DNA of 64,000 nt from the human T2T-CHM13v2.0 reference genome, Homo sapiens, in assembly GCF_009914755.1 (NCBI RefSeq), contig NC_060940.1; one strand, 5' to 3'. Position 1 is the first letter of the stretch, and each line of letters begins with the position of its first letter. Both the position numbers and the translations under genes were made by a program. A model generated the notes under the pieces. The model worked only from the letters and a program-made list of their open reading frames with translations, was not told where the DNA came from and did not search any database. Of the stretch, positions 1 to 15,279 are shown piece after piece.

Positions 1-1100
1 AGAATTACATGAGTTGTAAACAAGGCTTCTAATAGCCCTGGATTATCTGTGGCTATTGTCAGGTCATGTAAAGGTGGTAATTTATTAAACAGATTTTTAA
101 AATGTATCTAAGTACACCTGGGAGGAGTGGAGCATGGGCGGGGCTCCTGGGGGAGGAGATGGGGTGTGGTGCTCCGGGGCTGGGGGCACCTGGTGGTTAT
201 TGGTTCTGGGAACCCTCGTACCTGACAAGGGGTTGGCTCAGAGACTCCGCTCCCCACCATCCCACAGCCCCTCTGCCTAGTGTCAAGGTGCCCAGGAGTG
301 GGCAGCCCTAGGGGTGAGGGGAGAGAAATATGGGACGATAGAGGTGGAGGCTGCACAGGCACGAACAGGTGACAAGTCATGCCCTGTTCCTACAAGGCCG
401 TGGGTGCTGTTTCAACTGCCAAGAAATACCAGCTGGTGATGGCGAAATATCCCAGAAGAATTTCTTCAGGGAAGTTATTTAGCAGTGAAAACTGCCTCTC
501 ATTCCATGAACGCTGTGAGGAAGGAGGATCTCTGTGTGTGTGGGTCGCCCAGCCTCCTGCCAGTCCCAGGCAGCCCTCAGCCATCTGGTCACATTCTTCG
601 GACATCACTTGCTGGACCACATTATGTGGTGACTTCCAGGCCACCTAGAGGGGTCATGGGGTGGGGCTTCATAGGCACATGCGCCAGCCCGGCCGAGGCA
701 GAACCAGCTGGGACTTTAAGCCGATGAGCTGTTCGATGAGGTATATGGCCTGGTTTCCTGTGCAGGCAGGGTGGATGCAGTCCAGAAGCCAGTCCCTTAC
801 GGGCAGGGACTGTCACCCCTTCCAGTGGGGCGACACACTCTGAGCTCTGGAGGAGCCTTCCTTAGGCAGAGGTCAGTGTGGTGGGTGCCAACCTGCTGCC
901 TTCTGGGTGTGAAAACTGAACAAACAGAAGCCTGTGGGCAGGTAGTGTTGTGGGAAGGAAGTCCCCTTAAATAACTCACCATTCTCCAGGGGCACCAGGT
1001 TTCTGCGTGTTTCCTGGCCACATACCTTTTCCTTACCCACCATTCCCCCTCTCCCCTTAGTAATTTTTCAAGAGTCAGTGTAGCATCATGTCTCAGATGC

Positions 1101-1300
1101 CATTTATTGAGAACTTACTGTGTGTCAGGCACAGCTGTAAGCACGCTTCATGCATTTTTTAAAATTTTCCCAATAGTTTTACAATGATATCATCTCTGTC
1201 TCACAGATGGGTAAACCCAGGCTAGTCATTTGCCCCAAGACACCCAACCAGTTAAGTTGCTGTTCACCCCAAGGTTTGTGTAACCCCAGAGTTCAGTTTC
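1101..1300 (-). mobile_element. MIR SINE
   Basis: catttattgagaacttactgtgtgtcaggcac...cagatgggtaaacccaggct resembles reverse-complement MIR core. Confidence 0.75.
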
Positions 1301-1419
1301 TTGACAGCAACAGTCCCGTACTCCTCGCTGAAGCTTTTCCTCACTCCTAGCATGTAGCTATGTCCCTTGTAAACGCAGAGCCTCCTTCTGGGGCCTTCAC
1401 CACTGTCGTCTACCACATC

Positions 1420-1506
1420 GACCTTCCAGGTTCGAGTGATCTTCCTGCCTCAGCCTCTCGGGTAGCTAGGAGTACAGGTGTGCATCACCACACCCAGCTA
1501 ATTTCT
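1420..1506 (-). mobile_element. Alu right-arm fragment
   Basis: cttcctgcctcagcctctcgggtagctaggagtacaggtgtgcatcaccacacccagctaattt. Confidence 0.85.
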
Positions 1507-1514
1507 CATATTAT

Positions 1515-1672
1515 TATTTACTTGTTCTTTTGTTTAAGTGTCTGTTTATTTGTTATGCTGGTTAGGAAACTCCCTGGTGTCAGGGATTGTTTGTGACCCA
1601 TATTCATAGCCCAGTGTCTGGCTTAGGACTGGCATATAGTAGGTGCTTAATAAATGTTTGAAGAATGAATGC
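1515..1672 (+). mobile_element. L2 3' end
   Basis: ends ggcatatagtaggtgcttaataaatgtttgaagaatgaatg, typical L2 tail. Confidence 0.75.
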
Positions 1673-2131
1673 ATCTTAAATTGTAATAACTCAGCTGGAT
1701 GCCTGGGTATCTGTAGGTTTTATCTTCTAGAGACTTACTATGGAACATCCGGAGAATAGAGCAAATCCACAAGACAGACAGAGTCTCAGAAGGGCCCAAG
1801 TCAACACCAAGGTTTTGTTTTTGTTTTGTTTTGTTTTTACATTTTTCCTCTTGACATTCCTTCTTTTGATTTTCATGGCATTCTGGAACATTCATAGGCT
1901 TCCCGTTTGTGATATCTCTTGATCTTCACACTTACCCTGTGAGGTGAATAAATCAGGTGTACAAAGAGCCTGTCTCATAGATGGGACCCCTTGATGCTGG
2001 GAGATTCATTTCCGAAGCCAGCGTCTCACAGGAACTCACGTGGAATAAGAGAGGATTCTGGGCTACCTGATCCCCCAGCCAGGACCCTTTCCCTGGGTGC
2101 TGGAGATGCCAGGTGTCAATTAGGTTTCTTT

Positions 2132-2431
2132 TCTTTTTTTTTTTTTTTTTTTTTTGAGACAGAGTCTCAGTGTTACCCTGCTGGAGTTCAGTGGCTCGAT
2201 TTTAGCTCATTGCTACCTCCACCTCCTGGGTTCAAGCAATTCTCCTGCCTCAGCCTCCTGAGTATCTGGGATTACAGGTGCCCACCATAACACCCAGCTA
2301 ATTTTTGTATTTTCAGTAGAGACAGGTTTTGGCATGTTGACCACGCTGGTCTCAAACTCCTGACCCCAAATGTTCCACCTGCCTGGGCCTCCCAAAGTGC
2401 TGGGATTAGAGGTGTGAGCCACCACACCCGG
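2132..2431 (-). mobile_element. AluS, full length
   Basis: poly-T, both arms, flanking aggtttcttt repeat (TSD-like). Confidence 0.95.
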
Positions 2432-3639
2432 TGTGATCAGGTTTCTTTACGGAGGCTCTGTGGTGACCTGGGGAAAATGGCAGGGTCCAAGGCCAACTAC
2501 ACATCTCTACATGGGGCTGGTGCCCTTTGCTTTTATGGTGCATCCTTTCCCCGATTTGATTGAGTCCCATTTGGGAACAACAGTCTTTGTGCTTAGGGTC
2601 CTTCATGGGTCGCTGTCAATTATTCTTGACAGTATCACTTACCAGGTTCAAAGACAGCTCATGTCAATATGGCATTCACCTGCCTTAAGCCTGGGTGCCC
2701 TCTCCACCCCCCAACCTTTGCCACAACATCAGATTTTCACAGCCTTGAAAGGATAGGAAGATTCTCACACAAGCCTGAGGGCTGAGCAGTGAAGGGCAGT
2801 GGCGCGTTGAAGAGGGAATGAGCAGAGCCACTGTAGCGGAGTACAAAGTCCTTAACCTTGGGAATGTGGGACTGGGCTTTTTTTCTAGCTCCCAGGAGAG
2901 CTAGAGAATAAAAAACGAAGATGATGCATCTATCAGGAAGGGACAAAATGATATTTAAAAGCGTTAGTGACGTCCACGGAGGACGGGTCTTGTTAACTGG
3001 CTTCCTAGAAAAGTGACCGGCTGAGGACTCCCTGGTGTTTCCATCCCAGCTTTTCTGCATGAAAGAAAATTCCACCTGGTCGCTTCTCTAACGACAGCAT
3101 GATTCGCTAGAATAATTTTTAAAAGAAAAGGGAAAGGAACTGACGCTCGACCCCTTGGTGACTCTTACACGCAGGTGTGATGGCTCTGATGGGGGCAAGG
3201 GTCATGACAAAAGTCACCTCCACTGGCCCTGGTGGCTGCTCCGGGCTCTTCTTCTCTCCCCCCTGGGATCACACAGTCAGGCAAAGCTGGTCAGTGACAG
3301 GATGCTGCGGAGGCCTCTGCTCCAGTGTCCTTCCCAAGGACATGCCCACTGTCCAACATGGCTCCCTTGTCAGGCAATGAATTCAGGGCAGAGGAAAGTG
3401 GAAGGGAAGGTGTTGGTTGCCAGCGGCCAGTCCTCGGCGGGGTGGGCCCTCCCCAGCCCTGGCTGTCAGGGCCTGCAGGAGGCAGGCAGGGCTTTAGCAT
3501 GCAGCACCAGCCTTCCCAAGGAGTTCGGAGTCGGCTGATGTCAGGAGAGACAGGAAGAAAAGAAGTCAGTCACTGTCCCTCCAGCTAAATGCTTGTTTCC
3601 TTATTGCAGTCAGAGCTGGGGAGGGTTTTTTTATTTTTA

Positions 3640-4690
<1,051 letters not shown>

Positions 4691-4970
4691 GGGACTGGAA
4701 ATAGACACAGGGCAATTAGGATGACCTGAGTGTGGATTGCGGGGAGGAACTGGGGTGTTGGGAAAGTCCCAAGTAACATCCCTGTGAGATTTGGGGACAC
4801 ATCTCATGCAAGGTGAGGAGAGTTTGGCAGTCTCATGAAGGCTTGTAGCCCCAGCACCTAGCATGAAGCCTACACTAGTAAGCACTCCACTGTATGGTGA
4901 GTGAATGATTGACTGAGTTATCACATTAAAGTCCCAGTCACTGGGGACCTGGTGAGCATGAAGGGAGTAG

Positions 4971-5757
<787 letters not shown>

Positions 5758-6125
5758 TAAAACAACCCTGAGCATGACAGCTCCACCAAGGCCTCAGTTG
5801 TCTTCTTCAGATCTCTCTCTGCAGACTGCTGTGACCGTTGCTTTCTGCAGCCGGGGAGAGGGCAGCTAGTCTCCTGCTGCACATCCTCCAGGGATGAACT
5901 AGCTGGCTCTTCCTGGTATGGCTATGTGGGTGCAGGGGAGACACCAAGCTGGAAGCCTGAGGGCTCTGTGTCTTCTGGAAGCTCATCACTGAGGAGAGAG
6001 CGTGTGCTGGAAAAGCCACCCTCTGTGTGAATGGCAGGACATTTAGCTTAGCTTAATCATAAACACACTTCCAGTTACTGAGTATTTTATATGTGCTAGA
6101 TTCTGCCCAGAGTGCAGAGTGCTTT

Positions 6126-6418
6126 TTTATTGCTTTGTGAGACAAGGACTCTGTCACTCAGGCTGGAGTGCAGTGGTGTGATCATGACTCACTGCAGCCT
6201 CTACCTCCAGGGCTCAAGTAATCCTCCCACCTCAGCCTGTTGAGTAGCTGGGGCTACAGGTGAGCACCACCATGTGTGACTAATATTCAATTTTTTTTGT
6301 AGAGATGGGGCCTTGCTATGCTTTCCATCCTGGCCTCAAACTCCTGGGCTAAAGCAGTCCTCTTGCCTTGGCCTCCTAAAGTGTTGGGATTGCAGGCATG
6401 AACCACCACACCTGGCCC
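6126..6418 (-). mobile_element. AluJ inserted in MIR fragment
   Basis: J-type ggctcaagtaatcctcccacctcagcc; TSD cagagtgcttt at 6115 and 6419. Confidence 0.92.
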
Positions 6419-6444
6419 CAGAGTGCTTTATATAATTTGGCAAC

Positions 6445-6934
6445 TGCTGTTGGTTGTCTCCCTGGAAGTCATTTTCCTACTTATTCCTCTTAATAGAAGG
6501 CCAGAGCATAAAGTATAATTGGCTTGTCTTCCTAGCATCCCTTGCAGCTAGGGGTGGTGGTCAAGTGATCTGGTTCTGGCCAATGAAATATAGGGAGAAA
6601 TGTGCTGGGTGCTCTTTTAACCCGTTTTCCATTTTCCCTGAGAATACTGCACTGGCAATGAGCTGCACTTTTTTTTTTCCCTAAACAGGAAAGGGGTTTT
6701 AAAAATGAGAGAGATGTGGCAATGAAAGGCTCTATACAAAGGGTTCTGCACTTAGGGTTGCCACAGCCACCTTGCAAGCCTAAAGGAAAAGCCACGTTGA
6801 TGGCAGAGCCACTGAGCTAACCCTGGTACTACCTGCCCCTGACATCTTGTTATTTCAGAAAAATAAATCTCTCTGTGTTTAAGTTGCAGTAAATGGAATT
6901 TTCTCTTCTTTACAGCCCCAAATCATAATCGACA
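6445..6934 (+). mobile_element. MLT1 (ERVL-MaLR) LTR, old subfamily
   Basis: cctagcatcccttgcagctagggg...ttctggccaatga and 3' aataaatctctctgtgtttaag. Confidence 0.7.
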
Positions 6935-6946
6935 CGTGTATTTTCT

Positions 6947-7247
6947 TTTTCTTTTTTTTCCTGTTGAGACAGAGTCTCGCTCTGTCATCCAGGCTGTAAT
7001 GCAGTGGCGTGACCTTGGCTCACTGCAACCTCTGCCGCTTGGGTTCAAGCGATTCTCCTGCTTCAGTCTCCCAAGTACCTGGAATTACAGATGTCTGCCA
7101 CCATACCCAGCTAAGTTTTGTATTTTTAGTAGAGACAGGGTTTCATCATGTTGGCCAGGCTGGTCTCAAACTCCTCACCTCCAGTGGTCCACCTGCCTCG
7201 GCTTCCCAAAGTGCTGGGATTACAGATGTGAGCCACCGCACCTGGCT
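6947..7247 (-). mobile_element. AluS
   Basis: 16-bp TSD gacacgtgtattttct at 6931 and 7248. Confidence 0.97.
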
Positions 7248-7261
7248 GACACGTGTATTTT

Positions 7262-7430
7262 CTGATTAATTCTTATTATTGCTGTGGGGGGAGGTATACT
7301 TATTTCCATGTTAGATGAGATAATTGATGTTCAGAGAAGGTAAGGTACTTGTCCTAAGTCACACAGCTAGAATAACTGGATGTGTCAGAATATGAACTCA
7401 GGTCTGTCTGTCTCCAAAGCCCTTGTTATT
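7262..7430 (-). mobile_element. MIR
   Basis: agatgagataattgatgttcagagaaggtaaggtacttgtcctaagtcacacagct. Confidence 0.75.
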
Positions 7431-7659
7431 TTCATTGTTCCAAGCCTCTGCCCACTCTGGCTTCAGAGTGGAAAAATATGTGACCTACAGCCAGACAGAG
7501 GTTTTTACAGAAAGGAAAAACATGTCTTGACTTTTTTAACCCCAATACGTGCCCTGGGTGTCCCAGGCTCCTGGGTTTTTTTCTTGCCTTGTGGAATCAG
7601 TCTCTGGGCCCTTCCACACAGCAGGTGCACAGCGGTCTCTTGGGAAGGGATCTTGTAGG

Positions 7660-7800
7660 GGAAAACACTCTAGGCTTGGAATGAAAAGTCTGGGGCCTGA
7701 ATCCCAGCTCTTCCCTATGACTTCATTGGCCCTGTGACCTTGGGTAGATGGCCTAAGGTCTGTGAAACTTGATTCTTCATTTGTAAAATGTATGAGAACT
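7660..7800 (+). mobile_element. MIR
   Basis: ctgtgaccttgggtagat...ttcttcatttgtaaaatg. Confidence 0.7.
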
Positions 7801-7819
7801 CATTTGGACAGAAAACCCG

Positions 7820-8219
7820 TGTGACGTATTTTGGATATTTGTCCCCTCCAAATCTCATGTTGAAATGTGATCCCCAGTGTGTTGGAGGCGGGGCCTGGTG
7901 GGAGGCGTGTGGGTCATGGGGGCAAGTACCTCATGAATGGCTTGGTGCCTCCCTGCAGTAATGATTCATATGAGATCTGGTTGTTAGAGACTGGAACCTC
8001 CTCTTTCTCTGGCTTCCACTCTTGCCATGTGACAGGCCTGCTCCTGCTTCAACTTCCACCATGAATAAAAGCTTCCCAAGGCCTCACCAGAAGCTGAGCA
8101 GATGCTGGCACCATGCTTCCTGTACAGCCTGCAGGATTGTGAGCAAGAGAAACCTCTTTTCTTTATAAATTACCCCGTCTCAGATATTCCTTTGTAGCAA
8201 GGCAAAAGGGACTAACGCA
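7820..8219 (+). mobile_element. MSTB-like solo LTR
   Basis: tttgtcccctccaaatctcatgttgaaatgtgatcccc...ggactaacgca. Confidence 0.9.
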
Positions 8220-8605
8220 CCATATCAAGCTATCTTGAGCCAAGGAGGGAATGTGTAGGCTTTTATTTACTGAAAAAATTTAAGCAGTGGACCTGGCTTT
8301 CCCCTTAGAGGTAGAGGTGTTAGCAGAAAGGGAAAACAGACCCTGCCTTTCCAAATTCCACTGCACAACTTGCTCCCATCTCCCCAGGTGAATAATGTTC
8401 CTTCTTCCCCTGCTGGGTAATGTTTAGCCCAGTGGAAAGAGCTTCCTGTCTCCCTGTGGCACTGGCGACAGTTCTACAGTGAATGTCAGTGGCTCTGCCT
8501 GGCTTGACTTGTCCACATGCCCTGTCTGGGAGCTGGTTCACCAGAACCTTCTCTGAAAGTGGGGACTGGTTTCCAGTGGAAAAATTGTTGGGGGGTGGGG
8601 GAAGT

Positions 8606-9013
8606 TGTCTTGGTCCATTTTGCTGTGCTATAAAGGCATACTTGAGGCTGGGTAATTTATAAATCAAAGATTTATTTGGCTCACAATTTTACAGGCTGTA
8701 TGAGAAGCATGGCGTCAGCATCCATTTCTGGTGAGGGCTTCAGGAAGCTTCCAATCATGGTGGAAGGAGAAGGGGGATCAGGCGTGTCATTTGGTGAGAG
8801 AGGGAGCAAGAGAGATGCCAGGCTCTTTGTAAACAACCAGCTCTCGTGTGAATGAAGAGAGCAAGAGCTCACTTATTACCTCCAGGCAGGCACCAAACCA
8901 TTCAAGAAGGATCTGTCCCCATGACCCAAACACCTCCCACCAGGTTCCATCTCCAACACTGGGGATCACATTTCAACATGGGATTTGGAGAGGACAAGTA
9001 TCCAAACCGTATA
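8606..9013 (-). mobile_element. MSTB-like solo LTR
   Basis: ctgggtaatttataaat...ggggatcacatttcaacatgggatttggagaggaca. Confidence 0.9.
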
Positions 9014-9809
9014 AGAGGTCCTATATCCAGAAGTGAGGAACAGATGCTGGGCAGGTCCCCTTCTGCCCCTCAGGAAGCATTCAATAAGACAGCTACCTTC
9101 TATGTAGGTGCCGACCACAGTCACTGACCATGATAAACCCTTTGTAAGTGCCAGGAGAACTCTTCCCAGGATGTGATGGTGCTCTCTCCACCAATAGCCC
9201 ACCAGGGAGGGGAACCAGGCCCATCTCCATGATGCATCCCCTATCCATCACCCCAGCCTTTGTCCCTGCACCCAACATGACGATCACAGTGTGGCTTGAG
9301 ATGAGACTGTCTAATCCTATTACTCATTCATCAACCAGCGGATGAGAGCAGGCGCTGGATCGAACATTGCTGAGGAAGCTGGGAGATGCCTTCTCCACCG
9401 CTGTGAAACTGGGCTTAGCTCAGGCACAATAGGTGTGTAATTTAAGGTTTTGTTGAGGCAGAATCCAATCACATACTTGACTGGTGGATCACAGAGACTC
9501 AGAGGCTAAAGGAATGAGATAATTCCACCTCACACAAACACTGGCATTCAGCTTTGACTTAATGACAAATGTGTGACCAACCTTACACTGCTTCATTCTC
9601 TCTTTTTTGTTTTAATGCATTTCCACCTCCTTCCTCCCTCTCCTCTCTCCTGTATCCTCCTTGGTACACAGAGACAGAATGAGGCTTGGCAAAGTCCTAG
9701 AGCCAGAAAATAAAGGCAGAGAAGCAGGGAGAAGCTTTTTAAATGGCGATCGGCAGGTGGGATTCACCCAGTCCCCACTGCCCTGTGGCTTTCCCGTTTA
9801 CAGCCCACA

Positions 9810-9950
9810 TTGCAGTTTATATTCATAGCTTATTTAATGTCTGTCCCCACTGGGAAAACAGTGGCTGCATCTTCCCTCGATCCCCAGAGCTGAGCACAAG
9901 CACCTAGCACAACCTAGGTGCCCAGCGGATTTTTTGTTGAATGACTGCAT
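9810..9950 (+). mobile_element. L2 3' end
   Basis: cacctagcacaacctaggtgcccagcggatttttttgttgaatga. Confidence 0.6.
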
Positions 9951-10198
9951 GGAGGTGAGAGACAGCTTCCAGGGATGGATTTATTCTAATTCTTAGTGAT
10001 CTTGGTTCTTCCATTCCAGGAGTGGTTCAGAATGAGGAAAGGCAGCGGGCAAGAGAGATGCATGGTCATATTTATTAGATGTTTTCTTTATTCATTTTTT
10101 GTCTGGTGGGGATTATTCAGTGTGGGATGGGGAAGGGTTGTAAGAAGAAATAGAGTATTTAGTTTCTGATCCCTGTTAAGTGGTGCTATAACTGTTTA

Positions 10199-10855
<657 letters not shown>

Positions 10856-11483
10856 AGGGGAGGCCACCAGGAGTCCAAGGCTAGGCCCCAGAGGAGAGAC
10901 AGCAGGGTAAGCCGGGAGCCCTGGATTCAAGCTCCGGCTTGCTGTTTCTGTGTGCCACATCTCAGGACAGGTCATGCATCCTTCTGAGTCTCTTCTTAAC
11001 CTCCTCTGCTAACTTCACAAGGTCTCTGTGAGGTTCCGCTATGATCATAGTGTGTCATTTTGTACAATGATAAGCAGAATATAATTGCCAGGAATATTAT
11101 TAGATTCATGTTTCTTTGTCTGGTGGGCATATTGGGTGTGGGTGTGTAGGAAGGTGTGGTCCCTAGCAATGAAAGTGATCTGGGACCCATTCTGTGGAAT
11201 CAGTTTCCATTCAATTTTCTTTCCTGGTACTTCCTTTTATGTCTGCTCTTGGCTGGCATTGTCCATAAAAATGTTTTCCATTGGCAAAGAGCCTAACTGA
11301 CCTATAAAACCAGAATCCTGGGTAGTAGCCTCTGTAAGTAATTGGAGATGAACGTGACTCTCATCACTCCTGCTCTCACCTCACAGAGGATGGATTTTGT
11401 AGCCAACATTAATTGAACATTTACTAAATGCCAGATACTTATATTATTTCATTTTTACTAAAACCCTATTTTAAAGACAAGGA

Positions 11484-11787
11484 GGCCGGGCACTGTGGCT
11501 CACACCTGTAATCTCAGCACTCTGGGAGGCCAAGGCGGGCAGATTACTTGAGGTCAGGTGTTTGAGACCAGCCTGACTAACATGACGAAGCCTCGCCTCT
11601 ACTAAAAATACAAAAATTAGCTGGGCATGGTGGTGCATGTCTGTAATCCCAGCTACTCAGGAGGCTGACAGGAGAATAGCTTGAACCTGGGAGGTACAGG
11701 TTGCTGTGAGCCGAGATCATACCATTGTACTCCAGCCTGGGCAACAAGAGCAAAACTCTGCCTCAAAAAAAAAAAATAAATAAATAA
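11484..11787 (+). mobile_element. AluS inserted in a minus-strand MIR (about 11400-11870)
   Basis: TSD taaagacaagga on both sides. Confidence 0.95.
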
Positions 11788-12309
11788 AGACAAGGAAACC
11801 AAGGCATTTAAAGGTTAAGTGACTTACTCCAGGTTCCTCAATAACACAGTGACAGAGCTGATTTGAATACTTCTACTACTATCATTACTGTTATAAGCAC
11901 TAATAATAATAGTTTCTATTTATGCAATGTTCACTGAGTGCCATTACTATATTGTTGTTGAGATGTCAGTTATTATTGTAGTTGCTTTTCCTAAGCAGGT
12001 GATTTTTTAAAATGTCAAGATGCTTTTAAGATCTTCTCTTTGTCTTTGGTGTTCTTTTAGTAAGGTATGTCTAGATGTCAATGTTTATTTATTTATTCAG
12101 CTTGGGGTTCCTGAATCTCAGGACTGCTGACTTTCATCAGTTCTGGAAAATCCTGAGCCATTTTTATTGAATATTGTCCCCCCTCCCCACAGTCTCTTTC
12201 TGGAACTCAAATTAAATGTATGTTAGATGTTTTTCCTCTAACCTCCCTGTTTTTTTTAACCTCTCTTCCAAGTTTTTCACCTTTTTCTCACTGTGCTACA
12301 GGCTGAGAA

Positions 12310-12470
12310 CAGTAGTCCTCCCTTGTTGGGGACACTAATGGAGGATACATTCTAAGACCCCCAGTGGATACCTGAAGCCACGAACAGTACTAAACTTTAT
12401 ATATACTATGTTTTATAGAGCATATACTGAAACTGTGGAAAGCAAACCCGCAGATAGGGAGGAACTACTC
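12310..12470. mobile_element. MER44 (Tigger7-derived) MITE, internally deleted
   Basis: TIRs cagtagtcctccct / agggaggaactactc followed by TA; internal aagacccccagtggatacctgaa and actgaaactgtggaaagcaaacc. Confidence 0.8.
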
Positions 12471-12820
12471 TAATTCCTTTAAACCTGTCATCCAGGGCAC
12501 TATTTTCCCCTCAACTGTGTCTAATTTATCTAACTCATCCATTTCCTCTTTTAAATTGAAGTGTAAATTATATAGAGAAAAGTGTAAAAATCATAGGTTT
12601 ACAGCTTGATGAATTTTCACAAAATGAACGTACATACAGGACCCTAACCAAGGTGAACAAACAGAACATGGTCAGCATCTCTGAAATGACACATGCTCCT
12701 CCTATCATCATCCACTTTCTCCACAGAAACCACTCTTCTTGCTTCTAACACCATAGATGGTTTTACCTGTTTGCAACTTTACATAAATGGAATAACATGA
12801 TTGCACTTCTTTGTGTCTGA

Positions 12821-13150
<330 letters not shown>

Positions 13151-14077
13151 CAATAGTATGTTTTTGAGATTCATCAATGTTGTGTATATTATCAACATCT
13201 AGGAGTTTCATTTAGTTCTTAAAACATGCGGAACATGCTTGGTTTTGTATTCTGTTTGTGTTTCTTTAAATATCTGCAGACTTTGTAGGTCTTATTCTCA
13301 TGGTGGTTTGTTCTCTTGTGGTTTTGTGATGTGGGGCTTGTGAAGCCATGTTCTCTGGCCCTTTATCTGCAGAACTTTTTTGAGGTCTAGTTTCTTGGGC
13401 ATGACTCTAGAGAAAATTTGCATTTGTTCCTGCCAGACTTCCTGATTAGTCACCAGCAAAGAACCAAGTTAAAACAAATAGCTGGCTTAGGGCTTTTGAT
13501 GCCATATACGTAGGTATGGTAAATGGATTCTTACCCCAAACCCAAGTTAAGCTTGTGAGTAGGAGTTCACAGTGGGGACTGGCAAAAATCCCATGATCTC
13601 TCCTATGTGGAATGGTGGCTTTTTGTTTTTGTTCCCTTTATTTTTCTAGTAACATCTTTATTGAGGCATGGGATGATGTTTTACATATTAATTAACTCAC
13701 TGAGGGGGTCACATTTTTGGCTTTATGCAGTGGGTCCCAATCTAAACAGCCACCTTGCTTAGGTCCCCAAGCCTTGTCTTCACCCCTCCACACATCAGAG
13801 ACCCTTACAAACAAAGGCTGAAGTCCACCAGGTGTTAGCAGCTGCTCCCCAAGCAAACACTAGTTCATGCTTACTTACTCGCTTCTTTTGAGAGTACTTT
13901 CTCATTGTTTCTGGCCTCCAAGGGTTGCACTTGATTTTCCTACCAGCTCACCCATGCATTTTTTAAAATCTTTCTTAAAAGTATTGTATCCAACATGCTT
14001 GTGTATGTATGTCTATTATGTAGCAGGAAGGTTTTCCCCGAACATCTATTCTGCTATCATGCTGGACCAGGTAAACA

Positions 14078-14260
14078 AGCTCTTTATATGCAATATCTCA
14101 TTTAATCCTGGAAACAAACCCTCAAGGTTAGTAATCAGGAATATCCCCATTTTACAGATGAGGAAACTGAGACTCTGAGAGGATGAGCAACACATCCAGA
14201 GTTGCCCAACTGGTACATGGCAGAAGCAGATTTAGATCCAGGTCTTATGGCCCTGGTGCC
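14078..14260 (-). mobile_element. MIR
   Basis: ccccattttacagatgaggaaactgagactc. Confidence 0.88.
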
Positions 14261-15129
14261 TATGTCACTTGCTGAAGTCAGTGTCCAGGATGGCTTGGGT
14301 TTCACTCCAGGTCTCTGGGCCAATAGAGCAATCACATTATTGAGAGGACCTGGTCAGTTGGCAAGGCTGCCTGCAGGACAAAGCAATGGCCAAGCTTTGG
14401 AGCTAGGATCCAGGCTGGACATAGGATGAGGCCATCACACTGGCTTCTTTGGGAGGTAGAGATGGCCACATGGAAAAGTGTCATTTGCTGAATTGAGCAT
14501 CTTCAGATATCACAGATGTACCAGTTCAAACGCAGGGAACATCCCAGGGGAAGAAATGTGGGTGGATGGAACATTTCAGGTCATTAGGCTATTACAAAGG
14601 GAAGTTCTTTAAGTGTAGCTTCATAACTAGGCTTCCTGAGTCACCCAGGGAATGCTCCCATGGTATGCCTCCCCTCCTTTGGGTATTCTGATCCCTCTAT
14701 TTTTCTCCCAGCCCCACTCCCCAACCTAGTTTGGTCTGGTGGGCTCCATGGTGCAGTCCCCTCTAGCCTTTTCCTGGTTGGGATCTGGACTCCTGGGTTC
14801 CAGAGCTGGGTGAACAGGAACTGGGGATGGGGATCTGGAGTGCCTTCATCTCTGCTGCGTTGTCCCACTTGCTGGGGAAGAGTGTGCCAGGCTCCTAGTT
14901 CTGAGCCACTGCCTTTTCATCCAATGCGTGGTTGGAAAAGAGGTTCAAAGAGTTGGAAGCATAGAAACTAACCCCTGTTGAGCATTTGCTGTGTGTCAAG
15001 CACTTGTTTCATGGTAATGAGACAGGAGTTATTTTATTTTGATAATTTTTTTATTCTTATTTTTCTTTTTTTGAATGCCATTAGAGTTCATTTTCATCTT
15101 CCATCATTTTTCATTGCATTGTGTTTGGA

Positions 15130-15275
15130 GAGTGCGACATGGGACAGGCGGTGGAGCCCACCAGGTCAGAGCCCGAGCTCAAGTCCCAGCTTTTCCACCT
15201 TCTACCTGTGTGACTGTGAGTCTCCCTGAGTCTCAGCTTCTCCATCTGCAAAATGGGGATACAAAGAATAGCGGC
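15130..15275 (+). mobile_element. MIR
   Basis: ctccctgagtctcagcttctccatctgcaaaatggggata. Confidence 0.75.
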
Positions 15276-15279
15276 TTCA

